Below, piece after piece: positions 20,860 through 30,340 of a stretch of 64,000 bases of DNA. The notes beneath the pieces are model-generated. The model saw only the letters and a list, made by a program, of their open reading frames with translations. It ran no database searches and was not told where the DNA came from. The position numbers were made by a program, and so were the translations under genes. This stretch comes from an uncultured Gemmatimonadales bacterium (GTDB lineage: Bacteria > Actinomycetota > Acidimicrobiia > Spongiisociales > UBA5794), in the NCBI GenBank assembly GCA_964195945.1, contig CAXMRC010000201.1, positions 12,652 to 76,651 of the forward strand. The letters are read 5' to 3'. Numbering within the stretch: the stretch's first letter is position 1; every line of letters starts with the position of its first letter.

Positions 20860-21810
20860 CTAGGAGAACGCCGGGGTAGCCTGTCGGTCTCTCCACTGCG
20901 ACGCCAGCAAGGCGGCACCTATCGCACCGGACTCGGGCCCCAACTCAGCGACAACGATTGGTGGTACCGGCCGATGAGAGCCACCGTGGATGGCGTCGGC
21001 AGCAACACGCCGCGCCGGGCCAAGTAGCGACTCGCCCACTGAGCCAAGTCCACCGCCCACGACAATCAGCTCAGGATCAAATATGGCGATGAGGCTGCAC
21101 AGACCGTGTCCGAGCGCAGCTCCAACCTGGCTCACTAGACCGCGCGCTGTCTCGTCACCGGCGTCGGCTGCAGATGTAATGGTTTCCGCACTGAAATTGC
21201 CGTCGCGCAAGGTTCGGGCGAGTTGCCCATCAGGATTTAGCAAATTGAACTCTCGCCCGAGCCTTGCCAACGCGGGGCCAGAGGCCACGGTCTCCCAACA
21301 GCCACGTTTGCCACAATCGCATTGGAGCCCGTTGGCCTGGTAGACCATATGCCCCCACTCGCCGGCGAACGAGGAACCTCGGTAGACATCCCCGTCGGCA
21401 ACGACAGCACCGCCGATGCCTGTGCCAAGGGTGACCAGCAGAACGTCGCTGCGGCCAATAGCGGCACCGAGGCGGAGTTCGGCTAGAGCAGCTACGTTCG
21501 CGTCGTTGTCTACCGCGACAGGAACCCCGAATTCGTCCTCCAAGATCTGACGAACCGGAATATTCGACCCTGCCACATGCGGTCCCCAGACAAAAACTCC
21601 GTCGGGAAACCGCACGAGCCCGGCAATTCCGGCGCCTATGGCGACAACGTCATCGGTCCACAGCTCGCGTATCGCGGCTTTGGCGGCAACGAGCAGATCC
21701 TCACCTCCCGAGGCAAAAAGCTCTCTTGCCACCACCGCACCGTCCTCGACGCGAACAGCCATCAGCTTGGAACCCCCCAGGTCAATACCTACCGTCGCAA
21801 CCACAGCCAC
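20860..21810 (-). CDS. ROK-family sugar kinase (glucokinase-like)
   Basis: VGIDLGGSK..., DNDANVAALAE, ROK zinc motif GHMV...C.CG..GC.E. Confidence 0.85.
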   Translation of the reverse strand: MAVVATVGIDLGGSKLMAVRVEDGAVVARELFASGGEDLLVAAKAAIRELWTDDVVAIGAGIAGLVRFPDGVFVWGPHVAGSNIPVRQILEDEFGVPVAVDNDANVAALAELRLGAAIGRSDVLLVTLGTGIGGAVVADGDVYRGSSFAGEWGHMVYQANGLQCDCGKRGCWETVASGPALARLGREFNLLNPDGQLARTLRDGNFSAETITSAADAGDETARGLVSQVGAALGHGLCSLIAIFDPELIVVGGGLGSVGESLLGPARRVAADAIHGGSHRPVPPIVVAELGPESGAIGAALLASQWRDRQATPAFS

Positions 21811-22099
21811 TCCCTTTTCAAATCAATCGTCAATCGAGTTCGATACGGATCGGACCGCCATCAATCTCGTCGTCATCATCCTGATCAGCGAGATCGTCGC
21901 GGTGGGTCCGTGCCACCTCGTCGAGGAAAGCGCCAACGCCGGCGACAACCTCGTAGCCGGCACGGAGCCAATGCAGCCCCGCCCGCCGTAACCCGATTCT
22001 CAGCGCGTCACGGTGCTGGTTGTCTTCATCCACGATTTGCTACCCAAGTCGATTGGCGTCAGCGTAGCCGACGCTCTGGCGGCCCAGAAGACCCGATGG

Positions 22100-23275
22100 T
22101 CAGCCCTCGAGACTGAAGGTAATCCGCAGCTCGCCTTCGACGAGCTGCGCTCGGCGGACATGTCGTCTCGCGAGCGAGTCGGGCAGGATTATCGACCGTC
22201 GGTACGGTCCAACCGTGATGATGAGTTCGGTGCCGTGCCGGACAACGTCAACCTCGCCGCGCTCCGCAAACGGCACCGAGACGATAAACACCACATCCTC
22301 GCCCACATCTTCGACACGAAATGGCCTTCCCTCCGAGAGCTGCGCGACCGGATCCTCATCCCCATACAATTCTTCACCGACCACCCGAAGCCGATCCATG
22401 CCGACCATCTCTTCGCCGAAGAGGCGCAGATGACGGATTGCGACATCAGCGAAACCCTCCTCGACGGCCGCGAGATGATCCTTCTGGATCTCATGCCACC
22501 TCGCGAAGTAGCTGTCTGTCACCGTGTCCGGAAGCACTCGATTGACGATGGCTGCGTCGACGGCGTACCCGAATAGACCCAAATACGTATAGGTGCGGCG
22601 TGCCTCGGCGATGACCATCTTTTCCGGGTTCATGACCAGACGAGCGCTGGTCACCTCCGGGTCGGAGAGGATCTCGCGGATCCCGTCGAGCCGCTCGTAG
22701 AAGCGAGCGACAGCCTCAAACACTTTGTCGTCTGCCACCGGCATCGAGGTGACCTTGGACAGCATCGGCCTCACTACTTTGGCGACGCGGCGTCCTATCG
22801 GGAACATCTTCTCCATATACCAGGAGAGAACTTCCGGAAGGCTCAGCAGACGGAGGGTCTCCGCGGTGGGCGCACAATCCACGACGATGAGGTCGTACTC
22901 GTCTGACCGGACATGGTCACGGACACTGACGAGCGAGAAGATCTCTTCCATACCGGGGAACACGGTCAGTTCCTCAGCTTCGATCCCCTTGAGCCCCGAC
23001 CAATCGAATAGGTCGGTCAGCGCGTCCCGCACCTCTCCCCACGACTCTTCGAGCCTCTGTTGCGAGTTGATTTGTTGGGCGGCGAGGTTCGGAGTGACCT
23101 GGGTTGGGTGATCTCCGAAGTCGAGTTGAAATGCGTCAGCGAGAGAGTGGGCAGGGTCGGTTGACATAACCAATGTGCGATAGCCAAGTTCTGCGGCGTG
23201 CACTGCTGTTGCGGCCGACACGGTTGTCTTGCCGACGCCCCCCTTGCCCGTTACCAACAGGACACGCATGTGCAT
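22100..23275 (-). CDS. ArsA/Get3-family ATPase with C-terminal HSP20/alpha-crystallin-like domain
   Basis: P-loop LVTGKGGVGKTTVSAA. ArsA signature STDPAHSLADAF. A C-terminal roughly 90 aa beta-rich domain (VVFIVSVPFAERGEVDVVRHGTELIITVG). Confidence 0.85.
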   Translation of the reverse strand: MHMRVLLVTGKGGVGKTTVSAATAVHAAELGYRTLVMSTDPAHSLADAFQLDFGDHPTQVTPNLAAQQINSQQRLEESWGEVRDALTDLFDWSGLKGIEAEELTVFPGMEEIFSLVSVRDHVRSDEYDLIVVDCAPTAETLRLLSLPEVLSWYMEKMFPIGRRVAKVVRPMLSKVTSMPVADDKVFEAVARFYERLDGIREILSDPEVTSARLVMNPEKMVIAEARRTYTYLGLFGYAVDAAIVNRVLPDTVTDSYFARWHEIQKDHLAAVEEGFADVAIRHLRLFGEEMVGMDRLRVVGEELYGDEDPVAQLSEGRPFRVEDVGEDVVFIVSVPFAERGEVDVVRHGTELIITVGPYRRSIILPDSLARRHVRRAQLVEGELRITFSLEG

Positions 23276-23278
23276 CTC

Positions 23279-23734
23279 CTACGAAGATTCGGAGCGTTTC
23301 TTTAGCCCGCGGAGAGCGTTGCTCACTATCTGTTTTTCGGCTTGACGGCGCAAGAAACCAGGAACGGTAAAAGCCGGCTCGACTTTGAGCGCATACAGGA
23401 CCTCGGTCCCGCCCTCTTCGAGTTCATTGAAGCGGTAGCTTCCCTCCATCGCTTTGATATCAACGCCCGGCTCTGCCGACCAGGAGAATCCATTGTCAAG
23501 GTCGTAGCGATAAAGCAGCGTGTAAGAGATCTCCTTGATCATCGCATCAGCGACAAACGAAACTCGGAACGGACGGCCGTGTTCGTCTTCTTCTTCTATC
23601 TCCACTTCCTTGACACCCGTTGCCCACTCCGGATACGCGTCAAGGTCAAGCGCCACTTCGTATATCGTTTGGGCATCGGCAGACACTTCGATGCTCTGTA
23701 CCGTGCCTTCCATCGCCATGATTTGTCCTCTCAA
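23279..23734 (-). CDS. SRPBCC (polyketide cyclase/START-like) family protein
   Basis: About 150 aa. The pattern SIEVSA....IYEVALDLDAYPEW and overall length fit the Polyketide_cyc2 fold. Motif-level only. Confidence 0.6.
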   Translation of the reverse strand: MRGQIMAMEGTVQSIEVSADAQTIYEVALDLDAYPEWATGVKEVEIEEEDEHGRPFRVSFVADAMIKEISYTLLYRYDLDNGFSWSAEPGVDIKAMEGSYRFNELEEGGTEVLYALKVEPAFTVPGFLRRQAEKQIVSNALRGLKKRSESS

Positions 23735-23792
23735 CTGCTAACAATTGCAAGCGTAGCCGGTCGAACGCTCACTATTGCAAGCATGACCAGGC

Positions 23793-24521
23793 TTACATGA
23801 TCGCACGTAACCGATCGAACGTTAGAACATATTCAACCGGCTCGTCCGGATCCGGATAGGCGGCGTCATATGCTTTGAGGCCCTGTCGGAATTCCTGATC
23901 CGAGATCAATTGCAGAGTACTGACAAAGCGGGCCTCTGCGGCGCGGCGCCACTGTGCCGCAGGCAAGACCACGGTCTCGGTGTCCTTATCGATTTCGACA
24001 CCGTTGCATATAGCGTCGAGATACCCGGCGACCTCAATCGGATCAGGGAAACGGGCCGCATCGATATCCCCAACTGAGGGAAACCATCTCGCCAGAAAAG
24101 ACGACCGGTGGTGTTGCTCCCCCATTGTCCATATCCAGCATTCACCGCCTCGGATCGTGACCCGCACCGCTTCGTCGAGAGCCGCCTTCCAGTCCCCGTA
24201 ATGCAGGGACAGATGGAAATAGGTGAGGCGAACACTGTCGCCGCGGAATGGCAGATGCTGTGAGTAAGCCCTGACCGTCGGCACCATCTGGCGACGCCTC
24301 GCCACTTGAGCCATGCCGTGCGAGGGATCGACGACGATCGGAAGAGCCTTACGTTCCAGCCAGGTCGCCGCATGTTGGCCACGGCCGCCGCCGATATCGA
24401 GACCGACGTCGCCGTTGCCGAGCTTGGCTGCGGCGGCGGCCCGCCGTGCTCGCACCAAACCTGCATCAGAAGTTGGGCGATGTGAGTAGCCCGCGGCGAG
24501 GTCCTCCAGGTCAATCGGCAT
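23793..24521 (-). CDS. Class I SAM-dependent methyltransferase
   Basis: Motif I VGLDIGGGRGQHA. The ORF opens at 24560, with the likely start at MPIDLEDL. Confidence 0.65.
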   Translation of the reverse strand: MPIDLEDLAAGYSHRPTSDAGLVRARRAAAAAKLGNGDVGLDIGGGRGQHAATWLERKALPIVVDPSHGMAQVARRRQMVPTVRAYSQHLPFRGDSVRLTYFHLSLHYGDWKAALDEAVRVTIRGGECWIWTMGEQHHRSSFLARWFPSVGDIDAARFPDPIEVAGYLDAICNGVEIDKDTETVVLPAAQWRRAAEARFVSTLQLISDQEFRQGLKAYDAAYPDPDEPVEYVLTFDRLRAIM

Positions 24522-25272
24522 GGTGGACAAAGACCCGTCCGGTAGCCCGGAAGTAGCCAACGTTCCTGCTCAGGGTTGCTCCGATAACCCAACTGACGGC
24601 TTGTGGCTGGTGGATATCCCCAAAGTAGTGGTACCTGGGTTGATGCTCGGTGATGAAGTCCAGCACTGCCTGCGAGCCCTTCTCGCGACCACCGATCACG
24701 TCAGCCGCCAGGGGCCGCACCGCAGGAGCAACGTGAGTGCACAGCATATCGACCGGACCGATACTGCCTAGCCGGTCGGCCATCTCGCCATTGCTGATCT
24801 CACCAGGAGAGTTGATGGTCGGGACACCCCCGCCCACAATTCCTACGGTTATCCCATCGATCTCGAACACACCCGCTTCGACGTACTGCGCGGTCGACGG
24901 GAGGTGGCCCTGTAGCAACGCAGGATTGTCGACGTTGCCATAGGTGACGTACGCCTCGACGCCTTCGAGAGTCGCACAGATCTCGGTGTAGGCAGCCGCG
25001 ATGGCATCGGCATACATCCTCTTGAACTCGACTTCTCTTCCCCGGCTATGAGCACGCCACAGCTCGCCTGCTGACGTAAAGTCCCCGACCGCACGGAGGT
25101 TCACCACGTCATCGACGAAGTCCTGACCGGCAACGTCGGACACGATCCCGTCATTGTTCCGATAGTCGATGAAGTTGATCAGGTCGCCGAGTACGAGTAG
25201 CGGGCTGTCACCGGGAGCTTCTCGAGCGAGCGCGGCAACAGCACCGTGAACATCTGAAACCAGCCGGATCAA
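24511..25272 (-). CDS. Metallophosphoesterase (calcineurin-like)
   Basis: VSDVHG, LVLGDL, GNVD, GGVP...H motifs of the calcineurin-like phosphoesterase fold. Confidence 0.7.
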   Translation of the reverse strand: MIRLVSDVHGAVAALAREAPGDSPLLVLGDLINFIDYRNNDGIVSDVAGQDFVDDVVNLRAVGDFTSAGELWRAHSRGREVEFKRMYADAIAAAYTEICATLEGVEAYVTYGNVDNPALLQGHLPSTAQYVEAGVFEIDGITVGIVGGGVPTINSPGEISNGEMADRLGSIGPVDMLCTHVAPAVRPLAADVIGGREKGSQAVLDFITEHQPRYHYFGDIHQPQAVSWVIGATLSRNVGYFRATGRVFVHHAD

Positions 25273-25616
25273 ACCGAATCACCGTTCGGATCTTCCTCGA
25301 AACCGAGGTAGCGGGCGAAAACAACAGCGACCCCGGCTCCAATTAGCGCTCCGGCGACCGCAAGACCGTCGCTCCATCCGCCAAATGACGCAGACATGCC
25401 ACCAAGTCCAAACCCGGAAAGCCCCGACACAACGGATCTACCGGTGCCACCGAAGCGCTGCTCAGGGTCGAGGTGAGCCTTGTCGGCGAGCGAACCCGAC
25501 ATCAGGCCCAAAGTCACCCAGCCAATAATGCCGACGACACCCAACACTATGCAGACGGCATATATCGCAATCATGGTGCGGGTCCCTCTCTTGGCTGACG
25601 ATCCGGTATCGGTCAC
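25269..25616 (-). CDS. Hypothetical small membrane protein (Gly-rich)
   Basis: Two TM segments. The stop overlaps the metallophosphoesterase start by 4 nt. An alternative start lies at 25574. Confidence 0.4.
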   Translation of the reverse strand: MTDTGSSAKRGTRTMIAIYAVCIVLGVVGIIGWVTLGLMSGSLADKAHLDPEQRFGGTGRSVVSGLSGFGLGGMSASFGGWSDGLAVAGALIGAGVAVVFARYLGFEEDPNGDSV

Positions 25617-25680
25617 ATAGTCGACCTAGTGAAGCGTAGACCTCTCTGCCGCCGTCCATCTGCCAACGGTAGGTCCGGAC

Positions 25681-26823
25681 TCAACAATCCGACGTTTCTA
25701 AAGCTGCGATAGCCGTTTCGATTTCGGTTGCGACCTGCGGCAATCTCTCTCGCTGGAGTTGGCTCAGCAGCAGCGGAGCCGCCACAGGCCCTCCGATGCG
25801 ACCGATAGCCCATGCTGCGTGCGCCCGATACATTGCGTCGGGATCGCCGAGATAGCCGGCTAGCACCCCTAGCGTTTCTGTTGTCTCATCATGACCCACA
25901 TGGCCGGTCGCGATGGCGTCGGCCACCGAGTTGCCTAGCGCCACGATCGCGTTTCTGCGTAACGTCCTAGGTCGTCGCCGCGGTATGTAGAAGTGGCCGT
26001 ACTCCTCCAACAAAGCCGCATCATCCGTCGCCAACATGTTCAAAAGATCAACACGCCCCACCCCGACCGAGACGCCGGTCAGCCTCTTCGAGCCAGGAGG
26101 ACACGCGTCGAGACAGTCGTCACACCCATAGACTCGATCTCCCATGGGCCGGCGTAGATCGATGGGAATGGTGCCACCCATTTGCAGCCAGTGCGCCAGA
26201 CATCGCGAAGCGTCAAGCACCCCCGGTGCCACAATCGCTCCGGTAGGGCAAGCGGGGATACAGGCGTCACAGGTTCCACAATCCCGACGCATCGGTTCGC
26301 TGAGAGGCAGTTCTACGTCGGTGGCTACGGAGCCAATCAACAACCAGGGACCGTGCCGAGGGTCGAGAACCATTGAGCTCTTGCCCCACCAGGCAACGCC
26401 GGCCCGCACTGCAGCCGCCCGGTCGACGAGCCGATCGTCATCAACAAGCGCTTCGGCTCGATGGCCTGCGTTGACCAACGTCTGGCACATAGCTGCCAGA
26501 GCGCTTCGCAAGCCTCGATAGTGGTCATCGGTCGCAAACCGGGCGATTCTGCCCATACCTGCGGCGGGTGGCCCCGGTGTCCCCGCCTCGGGGAGATAGG
26601 GCCAGGAGACAACAACTAGGCTTTCTGCCCACGGCAACGACTGTTGGACAGCGGCTGCGACTTCGGGCTCTCTGTAGGTGAATTGGAGCTTGCCGGCCAG
26701 CCCGGCGTCACGACGCTGCGTGATCGTTTCCGCCACACCAGCGAAAGGGTGCGTTCCCGTCACCCCGAATCCAGCGCACCCCGCTTCGTACGCCGTGCCC
26801 TTGAGTTGCTCGTAGATTTCCAC
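25681..26823 (-). CDS. queG: Epoxyqueuosine reductase (4Fe-4S, cobalamin-dependent)
   Basis: Two ferredoxin-like Cys clusters (CGTCDACIPACPTGA and CDDCLDACPPG), N-terminal QueG domain, C-terminal HEAT-like repeats. Confidence 0.85.
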   Translation of the reverse strand: MEIYEQLKGTAYEAGCAGFGVTGTHPFAGVAETITQRRDAGLAGKLQFTYREPEVAAAVQQSLPWAESLVVVSWPYLPEAGTPGPPAAGMGRIARFATDDHYRGLRSALAAMCQTLVNAGHRAEALVDDDRLVDRAAAVRAGVAWWGKSSMVLDPRHGPWLLIGSVATDVELPLSEPMRRDCGTCDACIPACPTGAIVAPGVLDASRCLAHWLQMGGTIPIDLRRPMGDRVYGCDDCLDACPPGSKRLTGVSVGVGRVDLLNMLATDDAALLEEYGHFYIPRRRPRTLRRNAIVALGNSVADAIATGHVGHDETTETLGVLAGYLGDPDAMYRAHAAWAIGRIGGPVAAPLLLSQLQRERLPQVATEIETAIAALETSDC

Positions 26824-26860
26824 TTCACCAGCCTATTGCACCGATCGAACCTGTTCGGTC

Positions 26861-27487
26861 TTGTGGTCGATAAACTGCCTTCCCGTGCTCCCGCTACCCA
26901 CCCAGCGTTTCCCGCGCCGTCTTGGCCAACTCGTGCCAGGACTGGTTGCCTTTGGCGTTGGGGTTGCGCTGATGGTGACGGCCGACCTGGGTCTGTCACC
27001 CTGGCAAGTCTTTCATCAAGGCATCGCCGAAAAATCCGGGGTTGCTATCGGGACGGTAGTCATTGCGACCGGGTTCATCGTCCTCCTCGCCTGGATCCCC
27101 TTGCGAGAGAGATTCGGGTTGGGCACGATCCTCAACGTGGCCCTTATCGGCAACGTCCTCAACGTCTCACTGCTGGTGTTACCGGAGGATTTGGGCTCGC
27201 TACCGATTCGGTGGCTTGCGATGGTCAGCGGAGTCGCTCTGATTGGCTTGGGATCCGGGCTCTATATCGGGGCCGGAATGGGCCCCGGGCCACGTGACGG
27301 TTTGATGACAGGTCTCGCCAAGCGAGGTTTCCGCATAGGCGTGGTGCGGACCGGTCTTGAGATTTCGGTGCTGGCGATCGGGTGGCTGCTCGGGGGCACG
27401 GTCGGCGCTGGCACGCTTGCCTTCGCTCTTGCCATCGGCCCTCTGGTCGCATTCTTTCTGCCACGACTAACCGTTCGCCTCGCCTAG
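26861..27487 (+). CDS. YczE/YitT-like membrane protein
   Basis: [12 protein letters not shown] motif and 5-6 TM helices typical of the YczE family. Confidence 0.6.
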   Translation: MWSINCLPVLPLPTQRFPRRLGQLVPGLVAFGVGVALMVTADLGLSPWQVFHQGIAEKSGVAIGTVVIATGFIVLLAWIPLRERFGLGTILNVALIGNVLNVSLLVLPEDLGSLPIRWLAMVSGVALIGLGSGLYIGAGMGPGPRDGLMTGLAKRGFRIGVVRTGLEISVLAIGWLLGGTVGAGTLAFALAIGPLVAFFLPRLTVRLA

Positions 27488-27497
27488 CCCCCCTCAC

Positions 27498-27704
27498 CTA
27501 TCCCGCGGCTGCCGACGGGTCATCGGCCACATGGACAAGTCGTAACGGTGCCACCAGCCCGGCGTCCGCAAGATTGTCGAACGCGGTGGCTTCATCGCTA
27601 GCCATCTCGAACGGCCCCGACATTTGGTGCAGTAGCACGGGCACGATGCACGTGTCACAAGCAGTCGTCGCCTGCATGTTGCAAGCATTGCAATCGATAA
27701 TCAT
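27498..27704 (-). CDS. Small Cys4 (CxxC-x7-CxxC) zinc-ribbon-like protein, 68 aa
   Basis: [25 protein letters not shown]... A strong Shine-Dalgarno AGGAGA sits 6 nt upstream of the ATG. Third-position GC bias is consistent with coding. Divergent from the F420 LLM oxidoreductase. Confidence 0.5.
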   Translation of the reverse strand: MIIDCNACNMQATTACDTCIVPVLLHQMSGPFEMASDEATAFDNLADAGLVAPLRLVHVADDPSAAAG

Positions 27705-27840
27705 TCCGCTCTCCTATCAGCCTGCCCTCAACTTATCCACAAGGTCTGACATAAAACGGTCGGCTGTCCGTATCGCGGCGTGCTACTTTTCAAATGCTGG
27801 GCATGCGGGATGCGCCGACGAAAGACGAAGAGGAAGACCA

Positions 27841-28872
27841 ATGAAGCTCGCCATCAACGTTGGGTATTGGGGTGGCGGGGCCGGCACCGACCTGTCGTTC
27901 ATCGAAGACGCCGAGAAGCTTGGCTACTCATCGGTCTGGGTCGCGGAATCGTGGGGTTCCGATGCAGTCACTGTCTTATCGTGGATAGCCGCCCGAACCG
28001 ACACAATCAACGTTGGCGCGGGCATCCTGCAAATGCCGGCACGGACTCCGGCGATGACCGCTATGACCGCCACGACGCTCAACGAGCTCAGCGGCGGCCG
28101 ATTCCTTCTCGGACTCGGCCTATCGGGGCCCCAGGTCGTTGAAGGATGGCACGGAGTCGCATACGGGAAACCGCTCGGAAAGACCCGCGAGTACGTTTCC
28201 ATCGTGAGATCGGCAATCGCCCGTCAGAAGCCACTGACCCACAGTGGTGCCCACTACCAGATCCCTTACACCGGCGCCGATGCCACCGGCCTCGGTAAGC
28301 CCCTCAAGCTAATGACACACCCGACCCATCCGCTACCGATCTACCTTGCCGCCATCGGTCCAAAGAATGTGACTCTCACCGCAGAGATCGCGGATGGTTG
28401 GCTTCCCATCTTCTACTCCCCTGAACGCTCTGGATCGATATATGGATCGCTCATGGAAGAAGGTTTCGCCAAATCGTCGGAAGACAACAAGGCAAATCGG
28501 TTCGACACGGTCGCCTCTGTCCATGCGATCGTTACCGATGACATCGAACGAGCCCGCAACCAGATCAAACCTACGTTGGCGCTATACATCGGGGGCATGG
28601 GGGCAAAGGGGAAGAACTTCTACAACGATCTCGCCTGTCGGTACGGATATGAAGAGGCAGCGGCCAACATCCAGGATCTATATCTGTCAGGAAAGAAGAT
28701 GGAAGCTATCCATGCGGTACCCGACTCCCTCGTCGACGAGCTCAGCCTGATCGGTACTAAGGAGGCGATCCGCGATCGGCTCGACGCCTGGAAAGACTCG
28801 CCGGTGACCACGATTGCGCTCATGCCTACCGACACTGCAACGCTGCGCGCCGTCGCAGAACTTGTCCTCTGA
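27841..28872 (+). CDS. LLM-class F420-dependent oxidoreductase
   Basis: [13 protein letters not shown]...[12 protein letters not shown]...[20 protein letters not shown], a luciferase-like monooxygenase fold. RBS GAGGAAG. The long 5' ORF extension (from 27382) is non-coding. Confidence 0.85.
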   Translation: MKLAINVGYWGGGAGTDLSFIEDAEKLGYSSVWVAESWGSDAVTVLSWIAARTDTINVGAGILQMPARTPAMTAMTATTLNELSGGRFLLGLGLSGPQVVEGWHGVAYGKPLGKTREYVSIVRSAIARQKPLTHSGAHYQIPYTGADATGLGKPLKLMTHPTHPLPIYLAAIGPKNVTLTAEIADGWLPIFYSPERSGSIYGSLMEEGFAKSSEDNKANRFDTVASVHAIVTDDIERARNQIKPTLALYIGGMGAKGKNFYNDLACRYGYEEAAANIQDLYLSGKKMEAIHAVPDSLVDELSLIGTKEAIRDRLDAWKDSPVTTIALMPTDTATLRAVAELVL

Positions 28873-28911
28873 CCAGCGTATGAAGAGCGCCGCGCTCGCC
28901 TCCATCACCAG

Positions 28912-30129
28912 CTACTGACGGGTCAGCCACTGCTCCAGTGCCTCGGACCAGAAGACCACAGCACCGTTGTCCTCCGCACCGTCACGCACCGCACGGTCGC
29001 TCGACACCACAACAACTCGGTCGAGCCCGGCAGTCATCTCGACAATCTCTTCATCAGCAATTCGATCCTTCTCTGCGAATCGCACCTCGACACCGCCGAG
29101 GGAGGTCCGGCCTTCGCGTTCGCCGGGAAGAGTCGAGTCGTAAACGACTACAACCCGATGTTTGACTGTTGCCGCGGACCGCAACCGCTTCAGCGCTTCA
29201 ATCAGACGACGCCTCGCACCTCCCGAGGTGAAGTCGCTCCCATCGATGTGGAACTGTGCGTTGTAACCATCAACTAGCACAACGACCGGCTCATCCAACC
29301 CAAGCAACCACTTGATGGCGTCAGAGGAATCAGGCCTGACTCCAGAGGCCACGACAAGCGGGTTCGATGCGGTCTCTTTGGTCTGCTTGGCAGTGCTGAT
29401 TTCTCTGCCCATCTCCGCAGACTGCAAATCCAACAACCGCGCCAGCCTGATCGGATCGCTCGGCAAGGAACTCGACCGTTGCTGCTGGTCGGAATCATCA
29501 AACCGATAGCGCCGTGCCTTGGCGAGGCGGGTCCGGAGGGCGTCGAAGGCACCCTGGAGCTCACGGTGTTCGGTTTCGAGATCAGACAGGAATTCTTTTG
29601 TTTCGGACAGTTCGGAGCGAAGCTTGTCCATGTCGGCTACCTCTGACGAGAACCTCTGTTCCGCCGTGCGACGAGCCGTATCAACCATGTCCTTGGCCCG
29701 GCGTTCTGCGGCATCCGCAGCCTTCTTGTAGTCCCCTGCCTTCTTGACCGCGGCCACGCGTTTCGCCTCAACTCGTTGGAGACGGGTCTGCAGATCCTCC
29801 AACTGGTGCTGCTCCTTGCCCGTTCCTGCAACAGCGGCTGCATCGTTGAGGTTGAGCCACCACCCGGCGGGACGGTTGAGAAAAAGATCAGAGGCCTCCC
29901 CTGACGCCCCATCCCAAGCCGCGATCACTTTGTCACGGAACCATTCGTTCTTGTCTATCTCCGTAAGCAAACGGGCCGCAAGCGGTGGGGGCAGTCTTCC
30001 CCCCTGGTAGGCGGCTACCCGACTGAGGGGCGCCGGAACCTCCGGATCGTCAAGGTCCAGGAGCGCGCTTCGCCCCGCCGCAATTGCGTCGCTCAAGACA
30101 GCCGCCCATATGCCACTAAAACCGCTCAT
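28912..30129 (-). CDS. NYN/YacP-like nuclease-domain protein with long N-terminal extension and central coiled coil
   Basis: C-terminal VVVLVDGYNAQFH...VVVVYDS...VEVRFAEKDRIADEEIVEM...VVVVSSDR matches the YacP/Rae1 NYN domain. Residues about 100-200 are coiled-coil. Confidence 0.55.
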   Translation of the reverse strand: MSGFSGIWAAVLSDAIAAGRSALLDLDDPEVPAPLSRVAAYQGGRLPPPLAARLLTEIDKNEWFRDKVIAAWDGASGEASDLFLNRPAGWWLNLNDAAAVAGTGKEQHQLEDLQTRLQRVEAKRVAAVKKAGDYKKAADAAERRAKDMVDTARRTAEQRFSSEVADMDKLRSELSETKEFLSDLETEHRELQGAFDALRTRLAKARRYRFDDSDQQQRSSSLPSDPIRLARLLDLQSAEMGREISTAKQTKETASNPLVVASGVRPDSSDAIKWLLGLDEPVVVLVDGYNAQFHIDGSDFTSGGARRRLIEALKRLRSAATVKHRVVVVYDSTLPGEREGRTSLGGVEVRFAEKDRIADEEIVEMTAGLDRVVVVSSDRAVRDGAEDNGAVVFWSEALEQWLTRQ

Positions 30130-30187
30130 GCCCCCATCATGGCGCGTCGATACGGATCACACTGCGATTGTTCAGAAAGCGATCGAC

Positions 30188-30216
30188 TTGACACCACGTT
30201 CCTGACTGGCATACTC
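30188..30216 (+). promoter_or_regulatory. Putative sigma-A-type promoter for the ilvB leader (TTGACA-N16-CATACT)
   Basis: Perfect -35 TTGACA at 30188-30193. TAnnnT-like -10 at 30210-30215. Predicted TSS is about 20 nt upstream of the leader ATG. A GAAGGA RBS precedes the leader ORF. Confidence 0.35.
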
Positions 30217-30243
30217 GCACAACACAGAAGGACTTCATTGGCA

Positions 30244-30282
30244 ATGAGAAACATCAACAGCACCCTCGTACTTATTGACTAG
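30244..30282 (+). CDS. ilvL: ilvB leader peptide [12 protein letters not shown] (12 aa, 5 of 12 Ile/Leu/Val)
   Basis: Short ORF rich in branched-chain codons immediately upstream of the attenuator hairpin and ilvB. Classical actinobacterial ilvBNC attenuation layout. Confidence 0.55.
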   Translation: MRNINSTLVLID

Positions 30283-30316
30283 GCGCAGACGTCGCCAGAC
30301 GTCACCATGCGCCGAC

Positions 30317-30340
30317 AACCCTCCAGCCGGAGGGTTTTTT
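30317..30340 (+). terminator. Rho-independent terminator / transcription attenuator upstream of ilvB
   Basis: Stem AACCCTCC, loop AGCC, stem GGAGGGTT. A run of six T follows at 30335-30340. It lies 37 nt upstream of the ilvB ATG. Confidence 0.6.

Noticed and set aside
21830-22033. 67-aa acidic ORF in the 289-bp gap between the ArsA-like and ROK genes
   Set aside because: It has a GTG start without an RBS and is low-complexity and Asp-rich, with no motif. Kept only as a possibility.
26644-27297. 217-aa plus-strand ORF spanning the queG 3' end and the YczE gene in another frame
   Set aside because: It overlaps two supported genes, and its Arg/Pro-rich composition is typical of out-of-frame GC-rich sequence.
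27382-27840. 153-codon N-terminal extension of the LLM oxidoreductase ORF
   Set aside because: It has no homology. It overlaps the well-supported Cys4 small gene on the opposite strand. The conserved LLM N-terminus ([11 protein letters not shown]) with a GAGGAAG RBS starts at 27841.
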